A stretch of DNA of 64,000 bases, taken from positions 83,080,001 to 83,144,000 of the forward strand of contig CM060731.1 of assembly GCA_030704615.1 (NCBI GenBank), written 5' to 3'. The notes beneath the pieces were generated by a model that made no database searches, was not told the origin of the DNA, and saw only the letters and a program-made list of their open reading frames with translations. A program made the translations under genes and the position numbers. This document shows, piece after piece, positions 38,576-50,283 of this stretch (positions are counted from its first letter, which is position 1; each line of letters opens with the position of its first letter). The stretch is from Takakia lepidozioides. Taxonomy: Eukaryota > Plantae > Bryophyta.

Positions 38576-40748
38576 GCTCGGGATGTAGTGTTGCAGCGCA
38601 TCCGATGGTCTTTCGCAGTCGACAGTAGGTCGAGCCACAGCCGAATGGAAATGAGGTTGCTGATAAACCCAATTGGAGAAGGTGCAGTTGATGTTATCTC
38701 AACTGCAGGTGGCTGCTGAGCATTACTTAACAGCCGTTTTATACCTGCGCTGGTGCTGGTAGAGGCTAGGAAGAAGGAGTGAGCTGGAAGATTCCCGCCC
38801 TTCTTCAAGCATGCTAGGCTCAGGGTGGAAGGTTAAACCTACGGCGGGCTGCTGGAGAGCTAGGAGGTCTGCCACCTATCAGCCTCTGCTCTAGCCTCTC
38901 CTCTGCTCTGCTCTGCCTATTCTTTGTGAGTGGATTGTTCCACCGAAGGTAAAGCGCTGGCTGGGATTTGGTGACCAGCGATATTCCGCCAGCATGAGTG
39001 GGACTGGCTTCCTTGGGTTAGTTCCGATTTGCAAGGCAGCAAGTCTGCATTGTTTGTTGTCTCTCGCAATGGCCATTTGCTGCAGGGTTGGAAGTTCAAG
39101 GTCAGGCCCTCAGGTTCCCTTTTCGGGCCAATCTTTGCTGACATTCCGGAAAATCCATACTATGCTATCAGGGTTTTCTGCTTAGTAATAGGCCAGGTGA
39201 ACCCTTCTCTCGTGAACGGCCTACACACCAACCCCTTCCTGCATTGGTTCCTTCAGGCACCAGTTACCTTTGCCAATTTGATTCCGGGGAGTGGGTGTGG
39301 AAAGACAAGAAACACAGCCCGTTTTTCAAGTACACTGTCAAATTGGACTATAGCCAGTCACTATGAAGGAGTAGTTGTGGGCTGGTTGATGTGAGGTTGT
39401 CTAGCTGTACATTGCGAGGAAGCAAGCTTTCTTATCTTAGCAAATGGATGGACAGGGTCAGGCTAGATTTTCTAGCAAGTGCGTAAGCTGCTGTCCAGCA
39501 AGGAAAAGCTGATCAGCAGTAGAACCATGAGATGCGTCGTGTGTGACTTGAGATAGATGTACACAGGGAAGGACCAGCCGCGTAGCCTGCTTTGCGATCA
39601 GGTCTTGCATCAGGTCTAGGCGACAGTGGCGGCATTAATGTTTGTGAGACGGGGTGATCTCATATATTAACATTGCAGCCTAGCAAAGGAAGACCAGGTG
39701 AGGCTCTACATACATGACCAACGGTGCTTTGATCCGGAGTTGCAGTTAGAAATTGTGAGACAAAAAGGAAAAAAACATTGTAGTACATTTGGCATTTCGG
39801 CCACCAGCAGGTGCAGGTCCAATTATATCACTTGGTCCGTGAAGTGGTACACCAGGCCGAGCTTCTCCCTTTTGATTTTGCGTTCATTTGGAAGCCCGCT
39901 ATCAGTTCTCAAGATGGGGCAGCTTCATCCCATCGCCTTGGTTCTGTGCATGTCCCTGGTCATGGGGATGTAATAACCACCCTAAGCCAGTTTAGAGTGG
40001 TGTTTGAGGTCCTGGAGAGCTTGAGCGTTTACAGCACCAGCGTATACTGTAACCCTCTCTGCTATGGCGATCTTCAGGCTGCTCTTGGGGTATATGCCAA
40101 TGGTCGATGAAGGTATTAACACCACCTTGGAAATCACAAATTGAACGTGATGGTCTTATTGCTGTGGTTGATATGTATTTGCCCAGTACATGAATGGTTG
40201 CGGAAAGCCATCCTGGTTGTGGTCACTCTGACAGGGCAGTAGACATGGGCTCTCATACAACAACGATAAGATGGCATTGATAGCAGCAGCTTCAACAAGG
40301 TGTTCTCGTTTTGAAAATCTGGCATACCAATGAGGACATTACCTTTATCATGGTAATTCCACTGTGGAGAGATTGAGTTAAGAATCTAAGGAATTCTTAG
40401 GGAACCAGGGAACAGGGAACCTGCAGTGAATCCCAACAGACGTGGGAACAGTTTTTAATGGTGAGAACGTTTTGGTGTTAAAAAAAAAAAAAACCTTTTG
40501 ATCTAATTTAAAGGATTCAGAGCCTGGTTGGTCATATCTTTGTCAAATGAGCTCCGTTTGACTCAGTTTTGAGGGGATAGCTGCAGAAAAGAAAATCTAC
40601 CTACCTAGATCTGGTTTTTGTTTTAAAGGACTCTGCTAAAAATCTATGGAATTTTTAGAGTGTGAGTGTGCCATGAAAGATCCACAATTCTGTTTCTAGA
40701 ACCTGTGCTGGTCTATATGATAGACAAATCTGTGGATGTACTCCTTGT

Positions 40749-41503
40749 ATGGCTGGGGGAAATGAGGACGTAATTGAAGGGCATGTCTCTTCTCTTAGCC
40801 TGTGCACACAAGGGGACAGGATTTATGTTTCCCAAGGAACTCAGACTGATTTGAGTGGAGAACAGTTGGACGAGTTGATTGCATACTGGGAGTCAGGCAT
40901 TAGCAGTAGACAACAGACTGCTGTAATTGGCATTGAGGGCCTCAATATCGCCTTGGACAGTCAGAACTCTGTTGGAGCCAGCAGTTCTGCAGCTGTAGGT
41001 GAAATACCAAAGTGGGTGAAAGCTAGGCTTGGAACACAGCCAAAAACAGCCCCGGGGACCAAGGTGTTCAGCCACAAGGCCGTGGTGTACTGGAGCAGAG
41101 GAGCAGGAGCTGCACAAGTTTGTGCAATTAGACAGTGTTTGCAGTGCAGGCCGACACGCTCTGCACAAAGCAACCACGAGCGGGGGTTCATTAGCGAGGA
41201 CAAGTTTGTTCTGTTTGAAGGCGATGCAGTCATTCGCAATGAAGACACCCGCAACCGTCTCAAAGCTTTCGAGTTGAGAGACTATCAGACTCTACCTTTG
41301 TTTTCTTTAGTGTTCAGTGAGCGAGAGATAACAGAGTGTTGCTTTGTCTCTACCTGGCAGAAAAGGAGGAGGGTTGGTTAGAGCGAGCTACTATAGCTTG
41401 GGACAAGGTTAGTGGCAGGTTTCTGGACATAGATATACTCTCCTACACTTACCATCATGCAGAGCGAGGCACTTTGAGAGAAGTCTGGCAGTTGATAGCA
41501 TAG
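40749..41503 (+). CDS. ORF0, copy 2 (frameshifted)
   Basis: Homologous to 29973-30712. Confidence 0.6.
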
Positions 41504-44500
41504 ATCAGGATTAGATCTTGCTGGGTCGGGCTTCTATTCTTCACTCTCCTCATCTTTGTACTATTTTCATTACCTTGTACTTGTAGTTGCCCAAAGCCTC
41601 TCTGGTGGAGGCCAGTCAATCCGGGGTTTTGGGCTGGAATATTCTGCAGAATCAGCGTTGCTGCTGGATTTTGGTGTGGGGGTGTTGATGTTTTGATTTC
41701 TTGTGTTTGGATCCCCCCCAACACCTGCATGCTGACTGTGCGCCAGTTGGTTTTGTGTGTGTGGGCGCTTGCTTTCATAGGGATTAGGCCGATTTGATCA
41801 CCGGTCAATCCTAGAGTGTGTGCTTCGGTGGTGAGGCTGGAGTGATGACCAGCAAGACCCACCAGTGTTTCTTCTATGGTGAGGCTGGGTTGATGACCAG
41901 CCAACCATAGGAGTTCTTGCGGTGGATGCAGGTGCAGGTGCCTTGAGCCATTGGGATATGACCCTTAGACTGCAACAGGTGCCCACCCGCGTCACTATTA
42001 GATTAGTACTAGAGCCTTATATGTCACGTGGAGGAGGTGCACATTGTGAGTGCATCACGGAGTTACCCAAGGGTTTTGAGGGGAGTACGGCTACAGTCAG
42101 TAAGAGTGAGAGATGGGGTTCACAAGACGAGGTATTCGGTTCAGACCACCTTCACCGCCACCCTCAATTACTGTAGAGTCAGACACAGACTCGGAGGCTT
42201 CATCAACATGTGTTCATTTCATTCGCCATTGTTGTGGGACGACATGGAGGAGATGTATGGAGCTACCAAGGGGCCGTAGGTACTCTGGAGCTGTGGCACA
42301 ATCGAGTTGGATGACTTTATCTAGGAGTTCGACAGCTGGTGTGATTTGCAGCAGATTCGCAATCCACAGCTATTCACCCCATTCAATGGCGTGAAAGGGA
42401 CTGTTGCCAGGTCATTTGGAGAAGCCCGACCTATGGAACGATTTACCACGAGTTCATGCCGAGGGAGCATGAGGGCAGAGATTGAGGAGTGGAGGATTTC
42501 TTGGTCACCTGACTACGTCTCCATTACTACTCGAGGCACCCGCGAAACCATTAACTGCCTCAGTGCAGCGCAATAGCTCACCACCTTCCCACTACCCTGC
42601 CAGCCCAGTAGTGGAGCATTAGTGGCTGGTACTATCTGCCCAAGGTGGTACCAGTTCAAATGTGCTATCTACTCCTCCTTGTCCACACAAACACACATGT
42701 GCCTAGATTCAACCCGGTGGTGGATTCTCCAGGAGTTGCGGAGGACTACCAAGGTGTATCGGACAGAGAAGCTGCGAAGTTTGTCAAGACTTTCATCCCA
42801 GGCGCAAACCCGTGAGAGCCTGCGAGAGGCGTACACTCGTATGAGGCGCTTGATAAGTGTGACCCAAGGGGTTAGTGAAGCTCACGCAATCCAGTTTTGG
42901 TATGGAATTCTCGACAAGGAGCTCAAGAGAAGGGTGCGAGATGCAACCTTGTTACAAGCAGCCCAACCCACATTAACAGATGTGTTTCTGCTGGCTGAGC
43001 GGATTGAGCTCAACATGGTGGAGGAGCGAATTGTTACCATTGGATTTGGCAAGACCATGCCTGCACGAGGCGCATCTCCCAACCCACAGGCACAAGGGAC
43101 TGCCCAACAGCGTGGTCAGGGGGGCAAGGTTCCCAACCCAAGTTCCATGGAGCTTACAGGGGACCTCAGGTGCAGAGGCCCGTGGCATCTTTTGCAGGCC
43201 AACAGCAACCAGGGGTGATATGTTGGACATGTGGAGGACCCCATGTCAAGAGAGATTGCCCAGAGAGTGGCAAAAGGCCGGCACAAGCACAGCCTGCACA
43301 GTTGCAATGTGGGCATTGTGGCAAGTATGGGCATGGAGATGCCCAGTGTTATGACTTGCATCCTGAGTTGCGCCCAGGCCAGTTCCAAGGGAACAATGGT
43401 GGCCGGGGGCGAGGTGGACCAGCCCAAAGAGGACGAGGTGGTCGGGCACGAGGTGTAGGCCAAGGGCAAGCTCCACATGGCCAAGGACGCGGAGAGGTTT
43501 TGACCAAGGCATGGCCATCGGCTTCAGCAGCTAGAGCAGAGGCTCGCTGCCATGGCTATAGCTCAGGCGGTACTGGCTCCTAGGCGGGATGGTCCACCTC
43601 CTGCTCCTGAGGGAGGAGATATGGGAGGCATGGGATTCATGTGCGGAGCAGCACTACCACTAGAGCAGGTGGAGTGTGTTGCAGCCGTGACTCGAGGAGC
43701 AGCACGAGTTCCTGAGCCACGAGGTGCAGAGGTGGAGTTGGATCCACACGTGGGGAGGCAAGCCGTCAGGCAAGGCTGCCTCAGTCATTCACATTGGCGG
43801 AGACTGTGTCGACGCCATCCATGGCACCTAGTTCTCGCCCGACTGTTACCGAGACGGAGGTTACTATGCCATTGGGGAGAGCTACACGTGCAGCACTGAC
43901 ACCTGCTACCAAGGCTAGTGCAGCCGGTGTGTTATTGGGGGCAGCCACCTCTGTGTGTCAAGCCCCATTGTTCTCGGCAACCATGATTGCGACGCCGGGG
44001 GTAAGGCCAGCTGCAATGTTCAGACTAGCAGCAACACTCTGTGAGAGTGGGGAGGTCATTTCATCTTCTGCGGAGTTAGTGGAAGGTGTAGTGGCAGAGG
44101 GATCCTCGGATTTGAGGGTCAAGACTGCCACGGCTGCTCCCTGGCAAGCTGCAGCTGCCAGGTTGACGGAGTTGCCAGCTAGGCCAGCCTTTGAGCGCGC
44201 CATGGCGACACCTGGAGTTGTCTTGTTAGATAACCAGGAGGCATTTTCACTTTGAGTGGACCGGCAGGCAAGAAGTACCGGCCACTACGGGTCTTGTTGG
44301 ACTCGGAGCTCAGCCACTGATGTTGGGCAGAGCTGCTATTGCAGGTTTGGGCCTCATGGAGGCGGATATGGAGCCTTGCCCTTTCCAGATACAGACATCT
44401 CTGGGAGGATCAGAGCAGGCTCGGGGCATGACACGACATCAGTTGGCCATTAGATGCAGCCGGATCATCCTATCGATGGCTCAGTAATGCGAGCCAAGGC

Positions 44501-45009
44501 CATTGTGACAAACGCAGTCTCTTATAATGTCCTCGTTGGTGGGGCAGTGTTATACCCCATGGGATTTCACCCTGGACTTTTGGGAGGAGTCAGCATCCTA
44601 CAGGCCTGGATGGCAGTCAGGCGATGGTCGCCGTGCACAGCTCCCTGTGACATTCATTGGGGGTATATGCGGCTGCCCAGCGGGGCAAGATGCCAACACT
44701 AGCCGCCTTTACAAGCTGCAGTTAGTTGGCCTGGAGAGTTGCTGAAGGCAATGCCCATGCAGAGGATGTGCCACCTCCAGCAGAGCAGGATGACATGCAT
44801 GGTATGGCGGAGTTGCCTGCCATGGTTGCTCACACTCCATTGTGGGGTACGAGCAAGGATTTGCAGCAGGTTGCTGATCGACGGGTGCAACAAGCCTGGG
44901 TAGAGGCTTTGTTCCGTCAGGAGAGGAGGAGAGTGCGGTTATTGCACCAGGACCACCTCAGTTGTTACCATTGGATACCACACCTATTGTGTGGCAGTAT
45001 CCGGATGAA

Positions 45010-45945
45010 GGCATTTGCCTTCTGGACTTGTTTGGCGGGATCAGCACCGGATTGGCTGCTGTGCTACAGGCAGGTGTAGGAGTTTGACGTTACCTGTATG
45101 TGGAGAGGGATGAGACTGCACGACGCGTCTCACTGCGCCATGTTGCTCAGTTGGTACAGCAATACCCTGACTTGTTGCCAGTGTCTGCAGTTCGTGGATA
45201 CCAACAAGCCTTGCCAGCAGACATTTCTTTGCTGGGGGCGCAGGATTGGAGCAGGTTGGCTCCATTGATCTGGTAGTGGCAGGTTGGCCCTGCCAAGGGC
45301 ATTCATCACCGGGCATGGCAATGGATTGCGAGACTCGAGGACGGGTCTGTTGGGAGATGGTGCGGATTTTGCGCTACTTGCAGCTTCATCAAGCTGTATC
45401 TCCAGCATACATCTTGGAGAATGTCCACTGATGGTGATTCTCGGGCCAGGGTGATGGCCAGTGTGCATCAAGTCCGGTCGTGGCTTGGGTCAGCAGTGTT
45501 GCTGGATGCAGCTGCAGTGGGGTCACGGGCTCATCATCCACGGCTTTGGTGGGACTAACTTGATGCCACCCGCACTGCTCAAGCGTGCATTTGATGGGGT
45601 GCAGCGGCCAGCACACCTCACCGTGGATGGCATTTTGGACACATGGAGGCAGTCTTCAACGTGTGAACACGATGACCGTTCGCCTTTGGCAGTGTCAACA
45701 GGTGGGTCAACCACGAGCAGCATTACCTACACTGCTCAGCTTCCCAGGATCCCATGCTTTTCGGGATGGTGGACCTGGCCTCCTGTGGGATGCTCAGTTG
45801 CAGCAGTTAGTGGAGCCTAATGCCGACGAGCGAGAGCGGGCTATGGGGTTTCCACTGGGACCACGGCGGTGCCTTCTCTTTCTGAGGCATCACGTCGTCA
45901 GGTGTTTGGGCAAAGCAATGGATCTCAATTGCTTGACCGGATTAT
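45010..45945 (+). pseudogene. C5 DNA methyltransferase domain, copy 2 (all motifs present, frameshifted)
   Basis: LDLFGGISTG, AGWPCQGHS (45288), YILENV, ERERAMGFP (~45828, motif IX) and LGKAMD (~45906, motif X). Confidence 0.9.
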
Positions 45946-46429
45946 CAGCTTGGCTATGGCTGAGCAAACGTAGAGGTGCGGAGCTGTGGCACTCCCCTTC
46001 ATGGTCTCTCTGCCTACCGAGACGGTACGGCAAGCGAGGGGGGCGAGCCGGTGAGGACCACGGGGTGTAGACATCCATGCACAGTGGAGCGAGCCGGTGA
46101 GGACCACGGGGTGTAGACATCCATGCACAGTGGAGAGGTGCTCGAGTTCAAGGGAGTTGGCAGCCAAGGCAGCTGTGATGGATGAGGTTGGGGATTTTTC
46201 TCGGGTTGAGGAGGAGGTTCTCAATGATGAGATGATGGGGCAGGATGAGGCCTTGTCATTGACTGAGCAGGAAGGAGTACTGCTCAAGAGGTTGCAGCAT
46301 AGCAACCACGGGACGCGTCTCTACCTCTAAGCCCACTGGACTTAAGGTTGCAGTACGGAGGACAATTGGGAGCCTGACATTGGACCCATTGTCACCGGAG
46401 GAGAGAGACGACGTATACGGGGTTCCTGA

Positions 46430-49100
46430 GGGCTTACAGGAATTGCTTTGCCTTCAGTTTGAAGGACTTGGGAGCACTGAAGGGTCAAGAGATCCGTATT
46501 GAGTTGGCCACTGACACGCCAATCTTTCGGAGACCCTATAGATACAGTGACATGGAGAGGTCTTTGATTCAGATGAGAACTCAGGATCTTTGGGAGGCAG
46601 GTTTGGTGGAGCTCTCTGGTGGAGAGTATGCTTCAGCCACAGTGATGCCAGCCAAGAAGGATGTCTATGGCAATTGAGACGAGAGAGACGTATGTGCGGT
46701 GATTACCGGCCTGTAAATCGTCAGACCAAGTCCGATAGGTATGCCATGCCGACACCAGAGGAGATCTTTGATGCCATTGGGCATTCCAAGGTCTTTAGCA
46801 CGTTGGATTTACGATCCGGATATCACCAGTTGCCGATCAAGGAGGCGGATAAGCAAAAGACGGCATTCTGGGGGATCAATGAGCACGGGAAGGATTGCCT
46901 ATACCAGTGGCGGTTCTTACCATTTGGGCTTAAAAACGCTCCCGCTGAGTTTCAAAGAGTCATGGACAGGATTCTATAGCAGGGTGGAGTGGAGTTGCTC
47001 GGTGCTACATAGATGACATCATCATCTATGCTGCTAGTGCTGTGGAGGAGCATGAGAGACACCTTCAGGGGGTATTTGAGCGCTTGAGGACGCACGGATT
47101 GAAGTTAATCCGGGCAAGTGCAAGTTTTTCCACAACCAGATTGAGTATCTGGGTCACATGATATATCCTGGAGGATTGGGGGTACAGCAGACTAAGGTAG
47201 AGTCCATTGCACAGGTTCCACGCCCCACGGAGTGTGAGCCGAGTTCGAGCTTTCATGGGTTAGCAAACTATTATAGACGGTTTGTTAAGGGATTTAGTGC
47301 CATTGCAAAGGCTCAACCAAGCTGCCAAGGTGGACCAAGTGGCGTGACACAGGGGACCAGGAGTGGCAGTGATAAGTTCAGAGAGCTTTTCAAGAGCTCA
47401 AGGCGAGGTTGACCTCGGCGCCCATCTTGAGACGACCTATCAGGGGGCGTCCTTTTCAGCTGCATACAGATTGGAGCATGCTGGGGCTTGGAGCGGTGCT
47501 CACACAGGTGGATGATGAGGGAAGAGAGTTCGTAGTGGCTTATGCTAGCCGCTCGAACAATGCTGCTGCAGAGTCTAAGTATAGCTCTATGAGGGAGAAT
47601 GCTTAGCTGCAGTGTGGGCCGTGGCACACTTCAGGTGCTATCTATACGGCAATCTCTTCACCCTTGTCACGGATCACCAACCACTCAAGTGGTTGATGGA
47701 GTCAGACAAGCTTACGGGGAAGCTTGCACGGTGGGCACTCATCCTTCAAGAGTATGACTTTCAGGTGGTGCATCGACCGGGTTTGGTCAATCGCAATGCA
47801 GATGGGTTGAGTCGCAATCCATGCACGAGCCAGCAGGATGACACTGGAGCTCGGTGGCATGGTGAGACGGACGAGGAGATGGTGCCCGGATGGCATGCAT
47901 CTGCATTTCTGTGTATCTTGGCAGCGGAAGGCCAGGTTGGACCTGCAACAGGGATGACTGTAGATCAAGTGTCTGAGGACCCTGAGGCCAGCAATGAGCA
48001 AGGTGGCGCCAAAGATATACATGAGGATTCAGTTGTGTTGGACTACCTCCGCACTGGAGACACGGCAGCCACTGGACTGCCAAGGAGAGGATCGGATCCT
48101 ACAACGAGCCAAGAGGTTCAAGTGGGAGGGGACACACCTGCTCCGAGTGTGGGAGGATGGTCGAGTGAGGATTGTGCCTCACCCAACACAGCGGGACGGT
48201 TAGTGCGGCATGCCCATGAGGAGTTGGGGCATTTTGGGGTGCGACGCACTCATAGTCTACTGCAGGGGCAGTATTGGTGGCGTGGTATGCACACAGAGTG
48301 CAACAATTTGTGGCTAGGTGCATGGTGTGTGACAGGGTGCGTGCTTCATTCAACGCCCCTACTCCACAATTGCACCTCTTCCGATCATGGGATTGGGCTA
48401 CAGGTGGAGTCTTGACTTCGCAGGGCCGTTGCCACTGACCATGCGCCACAACAAGTACGTGTTGGTGATGGTGGAGCACTTCTCCAAGTGGATTGAATTG
48501 GTTCCATTGCCTGATAAGGCTAGTGAGGGAGCTGCGTATGCATTCCTGGATTGTGTGCTTAGCCGATTCGGTGCTCCAGCTGAGTGAGGTACTCACGGAC
48601 CAGAAGGGAGAGAGTTCTTCTTGGGGAGTTTCAGGCTTTGGTGTGACAAGGCCTTGATAGACCACACCACCACCACTTCTCGGGATCATCCTGAGGCCGA
48701 TGGCTTGGCAGAGAGAGTTGTTCAGACAGTAAAGAGGGGTTTGCGCAAGTATGGCTGCAGAAGGGACACCTAGGAGATTGGGCCCTTCAGTTACCCTGGT
48801 TAGCCATGGGCTACAGGTTCAGCAAGCAAGCATCACTTGCCTCCTTCTCACCATACTTTCTTCTCTTTGGCCGAGAGCCGGATTTGCCTACATCCATTCG
48901 CAGAGAAGCTGCTACAGTTCTTAACCTTGACGATCCGGACGTGTGGGCACGTGCATGTGAGCAGCGTGCAGCAGAGTTGTTCAAGAGAGTCATGCCCATG
49001 GCTTTCGAGAACCTTGCCATTGCACAACACCGTGATACGTTGAGTATGCTACCATACGTGGTGGGGGCTATCGTCCTGGGGTTCGGAGATTCAACTGGTG
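46430..49100 (+). pseudogene. pol: RT - RNase H - DDE integrase (Ty3/Gypsy order), frameshifted
   Basis: RMCGDYRPVN, FSTLDLRSGYHQL, LPFGLKNAPAEFQR, YIDDII, YLGH, LANYYRRFVKGFS, VVAYASR, VEHFSKWIELVPL, SPYFLLFGR. Confidence 0.92.
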
Positions 49101-49332
49101 GATGACGGTGGTGACTCATGTATATCTGCAGCAGACTGTCCTACGACCCTGGATGTGACTGCAGGACGTGTTATTTTGAGGGTTCGAGGGAGTCTGCCCT
49201 CAGGCGTCTTGGTCTGGAGGGTCGGGATGGCATAACTTGGAAGGACCATGTGCGTAATTGTGCGCCATGTCACCTTCCGAATGTCGATGGCAGGATTGAC
49301 CCAAACCTGGCAGTGGTATCTGCAAGTTTGAG

Positions 49333-49470
49333 GTGCATGTTGTGTGGGTCTGCTAAGGGGCAGCCACCATGATGGTGTTGTGTGTGACGATGCTCTAGAG
49401 GTTGGCATATGGGATGCTTGACTCCACCTCTTGAGATGGTTCCGGATGGGGATTGGTTATGTCCACAAGG
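49333..49470 (+). other. PHD finger at integrase C-terminus
   Basis: CMLC...MVLC..C.RGWHMGCLTPPLEMVPDGDWLCP, read across frameshifts, fits the C4HC3 PHD pattern. Confidence 0.8.
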
Positions 49471-49577
49471 CATGGATAGTGGGAGTGGATGGATACAACC
49501 ATGGGAGGCTAACAAGCAAACGCAAGGGCCCAGCTACAGGAGACTTGAATACACGAAGTCCTTGGCTAAACGAGTTC

Positions 49578-49737
49578 ACAGATTGCAAGACGGCGACTAA
49601 CGATGGGCTACTCTTGTACCCGGCCTCTGGTCGTATAGAGTTTGAGTAAGATAGGGAACAGATTGCAAGACGGCGACTAACGATGGGCTACTCGTGTACC
49701 CGGCCTCTGGTCGTATAGAGTTTGAGTAAGATAGGGA
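49578..49737. repeat. Tandem duplication, 2 x 80 bp, ending in a purine tract (putative PPT 49724-49743)
   Basis: acagattgcaagacggcgactaacg...gagtaagatagggaa occurs twice. Confidence 0.85.
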
Positions 49738-49744
49738 AGCGGAT

Positions 49745-50283
49745 TGTGGGAGACTACTTTATTGTGCATATATGTGTGTGGTGTGGTTTGGACAGCGATG
49801 TAGTTGTTGTAGCGATATGTAATGCGCACGACAGCTGTCAAGTTAAATAAGCACAGTGTGAAAACAGCTAGAATAAACTAGTTTATTTGTATTTAACACT
49901 TGGATTTAGGTCAAGTGTTAAATCAGGTGTCAAGTTTAGTTTGACACCTGGTCCGTCTTATCTTCACGAGAGCGGCAGTCGCGCAGCTCATCTCTCTCGA
50001 GTTGAGCCTGCGCGACCGAGCTCCTTCATGCGTTTAGATCTGAGTGTGCTTATGATGGGAGTGTAGGTTGTTGTGGGGTGGAGTCCCCATAGCGTGGGGT
50101 GCCCCTGGCTCGACTTCTATTTTAAAGAGTGATAGCGATGGATTTCATATTTCTTGTGTTGAGAGTGTGTGTCCTTTTTAGCTTGTTTTTCATCATTGTG
50201 GCAGACTACTTTATTGTGCATATATGTGTGGTGTGGTTTGGACAGCGATGTAGTTTGTGTAGCGATATGTATGCGCACGAACA
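49745..50283 (+). repeat. 3' composite terminus B1(89 bp)-GC-A2(360 bp)-T-B2(87 bp)
   Basis: B = tgtgg.agactactttattgtgcatatatgtgtg...gcgatatgt.atgcgcacga.ca, present on both sides of A2. Confidence 0.9.

Larger units (their letters stand above)
37786..50283 (+). mobile_element. DNMT-carrying Gypsy-type retroelement, copy 2 (complete; split direct repeats A...B-A-B)
   Basis: A1 37786-38139, cargo, ORF0 from 40749, gag ~42030-43500, protease ~44290, MTase ~45010-45945, RT (YIDD at 47006), RNase H (LHTDWS, TDHQPL, NADGLSR), integrase (HEELGHFG..C..C, WSLDFAGPLP, DGLAER), PHD ~49333-49470, B1 49745-49833, A2 49836-50195, B2 50197-50283. Flanks AATGT / AATGC. Confidence 0.92.

Noticed and set aside
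37786-50195. Conventional LTR element bounded by A1 and A2
   Set aside because: There is no PPT directly before A2 and no TSD after it. The PPT precedes B1 and the TSD-like AATGC follows B2.
37786-50283. DIRS/Ngaro tyrosine-recombinase element
   Set aside because: The repeat layout fits, but the element encodes an aspartic protease and an HHCC-DDE integrase and has a TSD-like flank. No YR motifs were seen.
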